Assembly: GCA_043800755.1 (NCBI GenBank)
Contig: JAZDMQ010000159.1
Location: 1-37,261 of the forward strand
DNA: 37,261 nucleotides
Direction of reading: 5' to 3'
Source of the DNA: a bacterium
Lineage (GTDB): Bacteria > Methylomirabilota > Methylomirabilia > CAVQYV01
A model generated the notes under the pieces. It saw nothing but the letters and a program-made list of their open reading frames with translations. It was not told the origin of the DNA and did not search any database. Of the stretch, positions 28,644 through 36,933 are shown one piece after another (position 1 is the stretch's first letter; the number at the start of each line of letters is the position of its first letter). The translations under genes were made by a program, and so were the position numbers.

Positions 28644-29723
28644 TCAGTCCCTCACCCGTGAAAGAAGGAAGAGGCCTGCGGCCCCAAAAAGGAGATTCCC
28701 TCCCCAGGCCGCCAGGAGGGGCGGCAGTTTCCCCATATGTCCCAAAGAGATCCCCAAGGCCAGCACGATCCAGTACCCCAACCCCACCAGGAGGCTCACC
28801 CCTGCCCCCACCAGCAGGCTTCTCCCCCTTGAACGCAGGGCAAAGGAGGCCCCAAACAGGGACATCACCAGGCTGGTGAAGACAATGCTCAGCTTGGTCT
28901 GCAGGTCTACCCGGTAGGCCTGGGTCCTCACCCCACTGGCGGAGAGCTTCTTGATGTAGGCCTTCAGCTCGCGGAAATTCATCTCCTCTGGCTCCCTCTC
29001 CACCCGGGCAAAATCGAGGGGGCTGGCCGAGATGTCGGCCTCCATTTCCGCAAATTCCTGAACCCCGGAGAGCAATCCATCCTGGAAAGTGCGGAGGTAT
29101 CCATTTCGCAAGATCCAGCGGGAGCCGGTCCATTTGGCCTCCCGGGCATCCCATCTCCTGGCCAGGTCGTTCGACCGGTCGAACTCGAAGAGGGCCAGGT
29201 TGTGGAGCTTCTGGTCTCCCACATCCACCAGCGAGATATAGAGGAATCGGTTGCCCTTGACCCGGTACCAAATGTCATTCTCCTTGGTCAGGCTGAAGGG
29301 AGGAAGGCGTTGGATCTCCGTCCGCTTGATTTCCAAGGCCTTCCGGTTGGTGAAGGGGATCAGGTATTCGCTGGCCAGTGAGGCAATCAAGACGAAAAGG
29401 GCGGAGAAGATGAAGATTGAGGCCCCCAGGCGATAGGGATTGAGCCCTCCCATCTTGAAGGCCACCAGTTCATTGAAGCGGCTCAGGTTCCCCAGGCTGA
29501 GCAGGCTGGCAAAGAGGACGGCGACCGGAAGGACCTGGAGGGCAATGTAAGGGATCCGACAGAGGTAATACTGGAAGACCACCTTCACCGTCGCCCCCGC
29601 GTCGATGAAGCGGGAGGTGTTATCGAAGAGGTCGATGATCACATAGAGGAAGACAAAGACGGCGATTGCCAAGGCGAAAACCCTGAGGAAGGCCTGGCCA
29701 ATGTACCGATCCACCAATTTCAT
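28644..29723 (-). CDS. lptG: LPS export ABC transporter permease LptG
   Basis: DRYI, LP.A.L.A.L..LG.LSR.NEL.A...GG, LPPLLAAW..N; paired with lptF. Confidence 0.9.
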   Translation of the reverse strand: MKLVDRYIGQAFLRVFALAIAVFVFLYVIIDLFDNTSRFIDAGATVKVVFQYYLCRIPYIALQVLPVAVLFASLLSLGNLSRFNELVAFKMGGLNPYRLGASIFIFSALFVLIASLASEYLIPFTNRKALEIKRTEIQRLPPFSLTKENDIWYRVKGNRFLYISLVDVGDQKLHNLALFEFDRSNDLARRWDAREAKWTGSRWILRNGYLRTFQDGLLSGVQEFAEMEADISASPLDFARVEREPEEMNFRELKAYIKKLSASGVRTQAYRVDLQTKLSIVFTSLVMSLFGASFALRSRGRSLLVGAGVSLLVGLGYWIVLALGISLGHMGKLPPLLAAWGGNLLFGAAGLFLLSRVRD

Positions 29724-29735
29724 CTCAAGCCGACC

Positions 29736-30869
29736 TCATCTGCGAAACCAGGAGGACCATTCCGGCCATTTCTCTTTCGCCTCCAGAACGAGAAGGGAGG
29801 CCCCCAACCCTCCCAGCAAGAGATTGGGGGCCCAAACCCCCAGGATGGGAGAGATCCTTGATTTGCCGCCTAAAGTCTCTCCCAGGACGAAGAGCAGGTA
29901 ATAGATGAGGGCCAAGGCGATGCTAAGGGAAAATCCGGAGAACTTCCCGGAGCGCTTCACCCGAATCCCCAGGGGCGTCCCGATGAGAACGAATACGAAA
30001 ACGGAGAAGGGGATGGAAAACTTCTTGTGAAACTCGGTGATATAGTGAGGATGGAGCTTCGCGGTCTCCGGATCTCGGAGCTTGGCCAGGAGTTCGGAAA
30101 AGGTCATCTCCCGGTCGAGCTTCTTCCGCTCCAGCGGATTTCCAGCGAAGCCGCCGAAGTCCATCTCCATTTCATATTGGCTAAAAGAGAGCTCTCGATA
30201 GAGTGCTGGATCCTTGGGAAAGGTGAAGTGAATGGAACCATCCGAGAGGCGGAGCGTGGTCTTCATTCCTTCAGGATCATGGATCAACTCGCCCCTCCGG
30301 GCGATGATCACCTTGGGACTATCCTTTTCCCTCGCATCGGACAAGAGGATGCCCTCCAGGACCCGACCCTCCCGCTTCAGGTTACGGACATAGATCGTCA
30401 GATCCTCGAGGTCACTGTTAAAGACCCCTTCCCGCAGGCCAACGATCACCTGGGAGCGGGCGAGTTGGAACAGGAGGCTCTTGAAACCATGATTCCCCCA
30501 GGGGAGGAGGTACACTGCGGAAAAAAGATTCAAGATGAAGACCACGGTAGCGAAAAGGAGGGGGGCGCAGAGAAGCCGATAGAGGCTAATTCCACTCGTC
30601 TTCATGGCCACCACCTCCCGGTCCGAAGCCATTCGCCCAAAGGTGGTCAGGGTGGCCAACAGGGTTGCCATGGGAATGGTGAGGACCAGGAAAGAGGGAA
30701 GCATGAAGAGGAGGAGGCGAAAGACGACCCAGAGTCCTACCCCCTTGTTGACAATCATCTCGATAAGTCGAATGATCTTGTCCAGAAGCAGGGCGATAGT
30801 AAAGGATCCGATCCCCACCAAGAAGGTGGAGGTCATCTCTCTGAGGATGTAACGGTCAAGGATCTTCAA
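29736..30869 (-). CDS. lptF: LPS export ABC transporter permease LptF
   Basis: ILDRYI.RE, TIPMA.L.A...FGRM.SD.E..AMK.SGIS, E.HKKFSIP, W.PN; TTG start with strong RBS. Confidence 0.9.
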   Translation of the reverse strand: MKILDRYILREMTSTFLVGIGSFTIALLLDKIIRLIEMIVNKGVGLWVVFRLLLFMLPSFLVLTIPMATLLATLTTFGRMASDREVVAMKTSGISLYRLLCAPLLFATVVFILNLFSAVYLLPWGNHGFKSLLFQLARSQVIVGLREGVFNSDLEDLTIYVRNLKREGRVLEGILLSDAREKDSPKVIIARRGELIHDPEGMKTTLRLSDGSIHFTFPKDPALYRELSFSQYEMEMDFGGFAGNPLERKKLDREMTFSELLAKLRDPETAKLHPHYITEFHKKFSIPFSVFVFVLIGTPLGIRVKRSGKFSGFSLSIALALIYYLLFVLGETLGGKSRISPILGVWAPNLLLGGLGASLLVLEAKEKWPEWSSWFRR

Positions 30870-31051
30870 GCGGCCCTTCCTCCTCCCAGCCTGGAATTCA
30901 GTCTAAGGGTTCATGATAGATCAATCTCCCCTGCCTGTAAACCCAGAAAATTCATAGCGTGGCAAGAGCCCGAGAATCATCCCATAATTTTGTTGATCTG
31001 GATCCTCCGGACTGTTAGATTTCACCTGGGCTACCTTTCAGGAGGATGTAG

Positions 31052-33499
31052 GTGAAGAGACCCATCATCGGAATCACCTGTGCTTACGCCCTGGGGATTG
31101 CCTTCGCAGCCCAGATCCAGATGCCCGACCGGACCTCCTCCCTCCTTTTTCTCCTCCTCCTCTTCCTGCTCCTTTTGGGCTTTATCGCCTGGGGATACCT
31201 GGGCCCCAAAAAGCTTCTCGGCCTCATCCTGTCCGCCTTCTTTGCCCTGGGCATCATCCTTTATGACCTCCATGCCCATCCCCCTTCACCGCTGCATCTG
31301 GCCAATCTTCCTCCGGATTCTATCGAGGGTCCCATTCTCTTGGAAGGCACCATCTGCACTCCCCCGGAAGCCCTCTCCCCGACACCAGAAGGGGACGACA
31401 GGGTCCGACTGGTCCTGGATCAGATCATCCTATTCGGCGAGAAGAATGCCCGGGCCACCCAGGGCCGGGCCAGGATCTTCTTGCCGGAGCCGGAGGATCG
31501 GTTCCGCTATGGGGAGCGAATTCGCCTGCCCGTCCAGTTGCGCAGGCCTCGCGGCTATCTCAATCCCGGCGGTTTCTGTCTCTCCCGGTACCTGCAATCG
31601 GAGGGCATCTACCTGGAGGGGCGAGGCAAGTCAGAAGGTGGCCTCCTCCGCCTCGGAAGATTCGGGAAACCAGCCCTCTTGGGGTGGCTTTACGACTTAC
31701 GGCAAAGGATGCTGCAGCAGATGCAGAGGACCATTGCGCCTCCTTACCATGGCCTCCTGCAAGCGATCACCCTGGGGGATCGGTCTCTCCTGGATCATGA
31801 TCTGCAGGAGGCCTTCGTCCGCTCCGGCACCTATCACATCCTCGCCATCTCTGGCCTCAACATCACCCTGGTGGCCGGCGTCCTCTACTTTCTCCTGCGC
31901 CTCCTCCGCTTCCCCCTGCGGCTGCGGGCGGTCCTGACCATCCTCTGGGTCATACTCTACGCCTTCCTTGCCGGAGGAAGCCCCTCGGTGGTTCGGGCCG
32001 CCATCATGACCAGCCTTTTCCTCGGCGCCTTGCTCTTGGAGCGGGAAGCGGATCTTCTGAACACCTTGGCCCTCTCTGCCTTTCTCATCCTGCTCTGGAA
32101 CCCCTCTCATCTCTTGGAGGCAGGATTTCAGTTGACCTTCGGGGCCACCTTCGGGATCCTATTCCTGATGCAGGTCCTTCCGCCTCCCTTCCTCCCTCGT
32201 CCCGGCCGATGGCTGCTGAACTCCCTGATGATCTCTCTGGCCGCAACTCTGGCCACACTCCCCCTCTTGGCCCACCACTTCCACCGCGCCTCCCTCATCG
32301 GGATCCTGGCCAACCTCCCCATTGTGCCCTTGAGTGGCCTCATTACCGCCCTGGGCCTGATCTTCGCCTTCCTCTCCCTCTTCCTCTTCTCCGGCCTCCA
32401 CTGGCTGGCCCAACTTCTCCAGATCCTCATCGCCCTCATGGCCCGGTTGGCCCACTTCTTCTCCCTGTTGCCCGGCGCCTCTCTCCTGATCTATGGCCCT
32501 TCGATGGCCATGATCGTCCTTTACTACGGGTTCTTGATCTCGGCCTGTCAATGGGCCAAGGGCCGCTGGGCGAAGATCAGCGCCATCATATGCCTCTGCC
32601 TGCTCCTCTCCTCCATCGGTGTCAAGCTCTATCATCTGCACCACCGAACTGATCTGCGGGTCACCTTTTTGGATGTGGGACAGGGGGATTGCGCACTCTT
32701 AGAGCTACCTTCCGGAAAGGCGGTCCTGATCGACGGGGGAGGCAGCCGGCAGGGAGACTTTGATGTGGGAGAGCAGGTGGTGAGGCCCTATCTGCTTCAC
32801 CGGTGGGTGGGCAGACTCGATCGCCTCATCTCTTCCCACCCCCATCCCGATCATCTGAAGGGCCTCTTCTCCATTCTGAACGGCTTTCCGGTAGGAGAGG
32901 CCTGGCAGGGCAAAGGGCTTGAGGGCTCTCCCCTAAGCCTTGAATTCCGCTCCCTCTTGCAGCAAAAGGGCATCCCCCTCCATCCCCTGGGTGCAGGGGA
33001 GGTCCTGAAAGAGCCTCCCCTGGAGTATAGAATCCTTCACCCCTCCCCTCCCTACCTGCGGGGCTCTCGCCGGGGTGCCTTCTCCGACGAGAACAACAAC
33101 TCCTTGGTGCTGAGAATCCGCTTTGGAGAAATCAGCCTCCTCTTCGCCGGGGATATCGAGGCAGAGGCAGAGGCGCGGATCCTGCGGCAGAGGCCCCACC
33201 TCGCCTGCCAGGTCATCAAGATCCCCCATCACGGAGGAAGGAGTTCCAGCACCCCTCCCTTCATCCGGGCCGTCCACCCTGCCCTGGCCATCGCCAGCGC
33301 CGGCCCCTTCAACCCCTTCGGTCATCCCTCCCCGGAGACCGTGAGACGGTACGAAAAGGCTGGGGCCAGGGTGCTCCAGACCTCGCGCGACGGGGCGATC
33401 ATCCTGGTGACCGATGGAAAGGCGATGCGCGTCTCGACTGAGCGGGAGGAACGAAGAGGGCGGCGGAACCTCTGGTTGAACTGGCTGGGTTGGGATTAG
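31052..33499 (+). CDS. comEC: DNA internalization competence protein ComEC/Rec2
   Basis: OB-like region with NPGGF, SG.YHILAISGL, SPSVVRA.IM, GFQL.F; MBL domain FLDVGQGD, SHPHPDH, NNNS.VL, PHHGG, NPFGHP. Confidence 0.95.
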   Translation: MKRPIIGITCAYALGIAFAAQIQMPDRTSSLLFLLLLFLLLLGFIAWGYLGPKKLLGLILSAFFALGIILYDLHAHPPSPLHLANLPPDSIEGPILLEGTICTPPEALSPTPEGDDRVRLVLDQIILFGEKNARATQGRARIFLPEPEDRFRYGERIRLPVQLRRPRGYLNPGGFCLSRYLQSEGIYLEGRGKSEGGLLRLGRFGKPALLGWLYDLRQRMLQQMQRTIAPPYHGLLQAITLGDRSLLDHDLQEAFVRSGTYHILAISGLNITLVAGVLYFLLRLLRFPLRLRAVLTILWVILYAFLAGGSPSVVRAAIMTSLFLGALLLEREADLLNTLALSAFLILLWNPSHLLEAGFQLTFGATFGILFLMQVLPPPFLPRPGRWLLNSLMISLAATLATLPLLAHHFHRASLIGILANLPIVPLSGLITALGLIFAFLSLFLFSGLHWLAQLLQILIALMARLAHFFSLLPGASLLIYGPSMAMIVLYYGFLISACQWAKGRWAKISAIICLCLLLSSIGVKLYHLHHRTDLRVTFLDVGQGDCALLELPSGKAVLIDGGGSRQGDFDVGEQVVRPYLLHRWVGRLDRLISSHPHPDHLKGLFSILNGFPVGEAWQGKGLEGSPLSLEFRSLLQQKGIPLHPLGAGEVLKEPPLEYRILHPSPPYLRGSRRGAFSDENNNSLVLRIRFGEISLLFAGDIEAEAEARILRQRPHLACQVIKIPHHGGRSSSTPPFIRAVHPALAIASAGPFNPFGHPSPETVRRYEKAGARVLQTSRDGAIILVTDGKAMRVSTEREERRGRRNLWLNWLGWD

Positions 33500-33557
33500 G
33501 GCGGAAGGATATAGAGCTCAGAGAGGGATGAGAATCTTCCCTTGCCAAGCCACTGAA

Positions 33558-33596
33558 CAGCTATTGACAACAGGAGATGGAAAGAGTAAATAGCTG
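33558..33596 (+). promoter_or_regulatory. Putative promoter bracketed by an inverted repeat
   Basis: TTGACA (33564-33569)-17 nt-TAAATA; CAGCTATT/AATAGCTG arms overlap the -35 and -10. Confidence 0.5.
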
Positions 33597-33638
33597 CTGA
33601 AACGAAACAGGAGACTTGGGTCTAAAGGAGTGGTTATT

Positions 33639-33692
33639 GTGAAAAAGCTGATAGGCATTCTTGTGGCAATAATCATGGAAATCAACATTTAG
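33639..33692 (+). CDS. Putative 17-aa small ORF MKKLIGILVAIIMEINI (leader peptide or truncated signal peptide)
   Basis: AAGGAG RBS, GTG start, basic-then-hydrophobic peptide; TAG overlaps the AGGAGG RBS of the next gene. Confidence 0.4.
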   Translation: MKKLIGILVAIIMEINI

Positions 33693-33702
33693 GAGGTATC
33701 AT

Positions 33703-34683
33703 ATGAACTACGTCAACCTGGGCCGGACCGGTCTCAAAGTTTCGCGGATCTGTTTGGGCACGATGACCTATGGCTCGAAACAGTGGCGCGATTGGGTGCT
33801 TCCTGAGGAAGAGAGTCGCCCCTTCGTCCAGCGCGCACTGGCATTGGGCATCAACTTCTTCGATACCGCGGACGTTTATTCCATAGGGGTCAGCGAGGAG
33901 ATCTTGGGCCGTGCCCTGCGGGATTTCTGCCAGCGCGATCGGGTGGTCATCGCTACCAAAGTGAACCAGCCCATGGGCGAAGGGCCTAACGAGCGGGGGC
34001 TTTCAAGGGCACACATCATGAATTCCATCGAGGCCTCCCTCCGCCGCTTGGGCACCGATTATGTGGACCTATACCAGATTCACCGCTGGGACAGCGAAAC
34101 GCCCATAGAAGAGACGTTGGAAGCCCTCCACGACCTGGTGAAGGCGGGCAAGGTGCGTTACCTCGGGGCCTCCAGCATGTATGCCTGGCAGTTCGCCCAG
34201 GCCTTGTACCTGGCCGATTTGCATGGGTGGAATCGTTTCGTCTCGATGCAGAACCATTACAACCTCGTCTACCGAGAGGAGGAGCGCGAGATGCTGCCCC
34301 TCTGCCGGGCAGAGAAGGTCGGTGTCATTCCCTGGAGCCCGCTGGCGCGCGGCTTTTTGACCGGGACCCGCCAGCGTGCCGGCGGCGGGGAAACCACCCG
34401 CTCCCGCAGCGATGACTTCGCTGCCAGCATGTACTTCAAAGAGACCGATTTCCAGATCGCAGACCGAGTTCTGGATCTGGCCAAGCGCCGGGGCGTCCCG
34501 CCGGCTCAAATTGCCCTGGCGTGGCTGCTTCGTCAGCCGGGAGTTACGGCTCCCATCATTGGTGCCAGCAAGATGCATCACCTGGAAGATGCGGTAGCTG
34601 CCTTGGAAATCGCATTGACCGACGACGAGTGTCGTTTTCTGGAGGAGCTCTATCAGCCCCACCCGGTATTGGGGCACAGCTAA
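33703..34683 (+). CDS. Aldo/keto reductase (YajO-like)
   Basis: LGRTGLKVSRICLG.M, FFDTADVYS, IATK, DLYQIHRWD, GKVRYLGASSM, QNHYNL.YREEEREM, PWSPLARG. Confidence 0.94.
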   Translation: MNYVNLGRTGLKVSRICLGTMTYGSKQWRDWVLPEEESRPFVQRALALGINFFDTADVYSIGVSEEILGRALRDFCQRDRVVIATKVNQPMGEGPNERGLSRAHIMNSIEASLRRLGTDYVDLYQIHRWDSETPIEETLEALHDLVKAGKVRYLGASSMYAWQFAQALYLADLHGWNRFVSMQNHYNLVYREEEREMLPLCRAEKVGVIPWSPLARGFLTGTRQRAGGGETTRSRSDDFAASMYFKETDFQIADRVLDLAKRRGVPPAQIALAWLLRQPGVTAPIIGASKMHHLEDAVAALEIALTDDECRFLEELYQPHPVLGHS

Positions 34684-34757
34684 GGGGCGCTGAATTCACC
34701 TATATCATTAGTTCGCTCACCCGGCGGCAAGCCGTTGGAATGCGCTCGCTATGCATC

Positions 34758-34780
34758 TTCGATTCGCGCTGGGGCCACGA
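34758..34780 (+). other. Degenerate tRNA 3'-end-like fragment (possible att scar)
   Basis: TTCGATTCGCGCTGGGGCCACGA resembles a T-loop plus acceptor 3' strand plus CCA-like end of tRNA-Glu type; no 5' half is visible. Confidence 0.4.
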
Positions 34781-34786
34781 AGAATC

Positions 34787-34822
34787 AAGGGGTTGCGAAA
34801 TCGCAACCCCTTTTCTTTTTTT
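34787..34822 (+). terminator. Rho-independent terminator
   Basis: AAGGGGTTGCGA-AA-TCGCAACCCCTT followed by TTCTTTTTTT. Confidence 0.85.
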
Positions 34823-34986
34823 GCGGTGGACAATTAGTCAGTTAGGCCTGGGACCACTCCCCCATCGCAAATGACAAATGAAGATGCGCCCCTCCTTCCT
34901 CCTTCCCGCCCAAGGGTCCAAAGACCGCGCCAGCCATCGTGGCTTCCGTCACCACCAAGCTCTCGCCAGCAGGATGAAAAGAACAC

Positions 34987-35015
34987 TTGACAGAGCCACT
35001 TTTATTTCCTATAGT
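34987..35015 (+). promoter_or_regulatory. sigma70 promoter of ArsR operon
   Basis: TTGACA-17 nt-TATAGT, near consensus. Confidence 0.85.
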
Positions 35016-35046
35016 TAAGCAGTTGATAAAATACTTAACCACTTAA
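35015..35046. promoter_or_regulatory. Putative ArsR operator 1
   Basis: Imperfect palindrome TTAAGCAGTTGAT-AAAATA-CTTAACCACTTAA spanning the predicted transcription start. Confidence 0.7.
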
Positions 35047-35063
35047 AAGGAGAGAAGGGAAAC

Positions 35064-35477
35064 GTGAAGTTAGAACCCTCCGAATTGTTGAAGGTATTGG
35101 CCGTGGAAACGCGGGTCAAAATAATCGATCTCCTGAAATCCAAGGGCCCACAGGGCACCAAATATCTTGCAAAGGGTCTTAATATCACACCTGCTGCCGT
35201 GTCACAACACCTCAAGATATTAAGGCAAGCAGGTCTTGTAACGAGCGAAAGAAAGGGGTATTGGATACCTCATTCAATAGATGAGGAAGCATTGGAGGAC
35301 TGCCGGTGCGTGTTAAATGAAATTTGCACATGCGAGTGCCGAGAAACAAGTAAACTTCGGGAGAGAAAACCGAAAGATGGGAGCTTAGACTCACTAAAGA
35401 AATATGAAATGGAGCTGCGAAATGAGCTTAGAATCGTCCGAGAGAGGATAAGAGAAATGGAGTCCCGAAAGAGGTAG
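35064..35477 (+). CDS. ArsR/SmtB-family repressor with C-terminal Cys-rich and coiled-coil extension
   Basis: LKVLAVETRVKII.LL, ITPAAVSQHLKILRQAGLV..ERKGYW winged HTH; tail CRC..CTCEC plus LKKYEMELRNELRIVRERI. Confidence 0.92.
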   Translation: MKLEPSELLKVLAVETRVKIIDLLKSKGPQGTKYLAKGLNITPAAVSQHLKILRQAGLVTSERKGYWIPHSIDEEALEDCRCVLNEICTCECRETSKLRERKPKDGSLDSLKKYEMELRNELRIVRERIREMESRKR

Positions 35478-35486
35478 TTTTTTTAC

Positions 35487-35518
35487 TCAAGTAGTTAATT
35501 TATTGCTTAACTTCTTAA
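35487..35518. promoter_or_regulatory. Putative ArsR operator 2
   Basis: TCAAGTAGTTAAT-TTATTG-CTTAACTTCTTAA, 23/32 identical to operator 1, directly before the RBS of the small gene. Confidence 0.7.
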
Positions 35519-35542
35519 GTGGAAGGGAGGTGAAGACCTAAA

Positions 35543-35731
35543 ATGTGTCAACCAGGTAGGGGCCAAAGGGGGTTTGCAGCCTCGCAGTGTGACTGCAGCT
35601 GTGGATGTGGATCCTTCCGGCGCTTCATTTCTGCAAAGGAGCAACAGGAATGGCTGGAAGAATACGGAGACCAACTGCGGAAGGAGCTTGCAGGGGTAGA
35701 GGAGCGGATCCAAGAGTTTAAGAGCAAGTGA
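35543..35731 (+). CDS. Small Cys-rich coiled-coil protein (DUF5320-like)
   Basis: GGAGGTG RBS; CDCSCGC, RRFIS..E..EWLEEY...L.KEL.GVEERI.E pattern. Confidence 0.85.
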   Translation: MCQPGRGQRGFAASQCDCSCGCGSFRRFISAKEQQEWLEEYGDQLRKELAGVEERIQEFKSK

Positions 35732-35748
35732 ACTCAAGCTCCAGAGGG

Positions 35749-35779
35749 GGGGGTGGGAGCACGCAGGGCTTCCACCCCC
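35749..35779. terminator. Hairpin between convergent genes (probable terminator)
   Basis: GGGGGTGGGAGC-ACGCAGG-GCTTCCACCCCC; U-tract is weak. Confidence 0.6.
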
Positions 35780-35802
35780 TTACTTCACATAATTCAATAG
35801 CA

Positions 35803-36933
35803 TTATATCTTGATCCATTTGCCTTGAAGGCCATAGTAAAGAAACAATCCCGCCAGGTAAGCCACGCCCATATTCCACATCGCAACCCCTGCGGTCACCA
35901 CGAGGACGAACAGGTTCTGCTTTTCTAACTTGAGATCGCGAATGACGAGGGCGAGTTCCACTCCGGCGAAAAAGAGGATCACCCCCAGAATCGAGCGAGG
36001 CAAGACCTGAAAGAGGAGGACCACCGAGTCGCTCAGGAAAAGGCCGGTGAAGAGCACCAACACCCCTAAGATCACCAGCGCCCCTCCGGTCCGGGCGCCG
36101 AAACGGATATGGCCCGCCCTGCCCCCTGCCCCATGGCACATGGGGACTCCTCCCAGGCAGACGCTCACCAGATTCATGAAGCCGTGATCGATGCTGATCG
36201 CCTTGGCCGTCACTTTGCGGTCCGGGAAGTAGGCATTGTTCTCCGCCACCGTGCCGATGATGGCGTTGCCTAAGGTGAGGGGGGCCTGGGGGATTCCCAG
36301 GACCACCATGCCGGAAAGGAGCTCCCTCCACGACATGCGCCCCAGCGAGACCTCGGGCCAGCGGAAGCGAAGGGAGAGATGGGAGAGCTCCTTCATCAGC
36401 TCCGGCCTCTGGGCGAGGGCCAGGGCGATCCCATATCCCAGGAGAACTAACATGGCGGGAAGGCGCTGATTATCAAAGAGGAGCAGGGTGAGGATGACGG
36501 CCCCGACGGCAACCAGGGGCTGCTCCTTCATCATCCCCAGCCCCTCGGTCACGAAGCTCAATCCCAATCCCAGCATGATCCCCCGGACCACCGGCTTGGG
36601 GGTGATTTTCTCAATCCAGGTGATCGCCCCGGTGACCCCCATAGCCAGCCAGAACAGGCTGGTGAACAGGCCCGATCCCCAGATCATGCCGTGAGTGATC
36701 GTCCCCGCATGGGAGATGGCCATCCCTCCGATCGCCTTCATGGGCTGGATCGGAACCGGGGTCCGGAAGTAAAGTCCCACGAAGATTTTGAAGAGGCCGA
36801 AGGTGACCAGGATCCCCAGGGGGTCCATCCGGTTGAGGGTGATGTATCCCACCACGAAGGGGATCAAGGTCGCCAGGTCGCCGAAGGCCCCGGCAAACTC
36901 CGTTCGGTTGTATTCGTTGCCCCCCAAGCGCAT
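35803..36933 (-). CDS. MOT1-family putative molybdate/sulfate transporter
   Basis: AGAFGDLAT, PVPIQPMKAIG, PQAPLTLGNA, GG.PMCHGAGG.AG..RFGARTGG. ATG 36933 chosen; the longer track ORF overlaps the upstream gene. Confidence 0.88.
   Translation of the reverse strand: MRLGGNEYNRTEFAGAFGDLATLIPFVVGYITLNRMDPLGILVTFGLFKIFVGLYFRTPVPIQPMKAIGGMAISHAGTITHGMIWGSGLFTSLFWLAMGVTGAITWIEKITPKPVVRGIMLGLGLSFVTEGLGMMKEQPLVAVGAVILTLLLFDNQRLPAMLVLLGYGIALALAQRPELMKELSHLSLRFRWPEVSLGRMSWRELLSGMVVLGIPQAPLTLGNAIIGTVAENNAYFPDRKVTAKAISIDHGFMNLVSVCLGGVPMCHGAGGRAGHIRFGARTGGALVILGVLVLFTGLFLSDSVVLLFQVLPRSILGVILFFAGVELALVIRDLKLEKQNLFVLVVTAGVAMWNMGVAYLAGLFLYYGLQGKWIKI

Noticed and set aside
34842-35042. 66-aa minus-strand ORF upstream of ArsR
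   Set aside because: Runs through the ArsR promoter and operator, with no RBS or recognisable motif.
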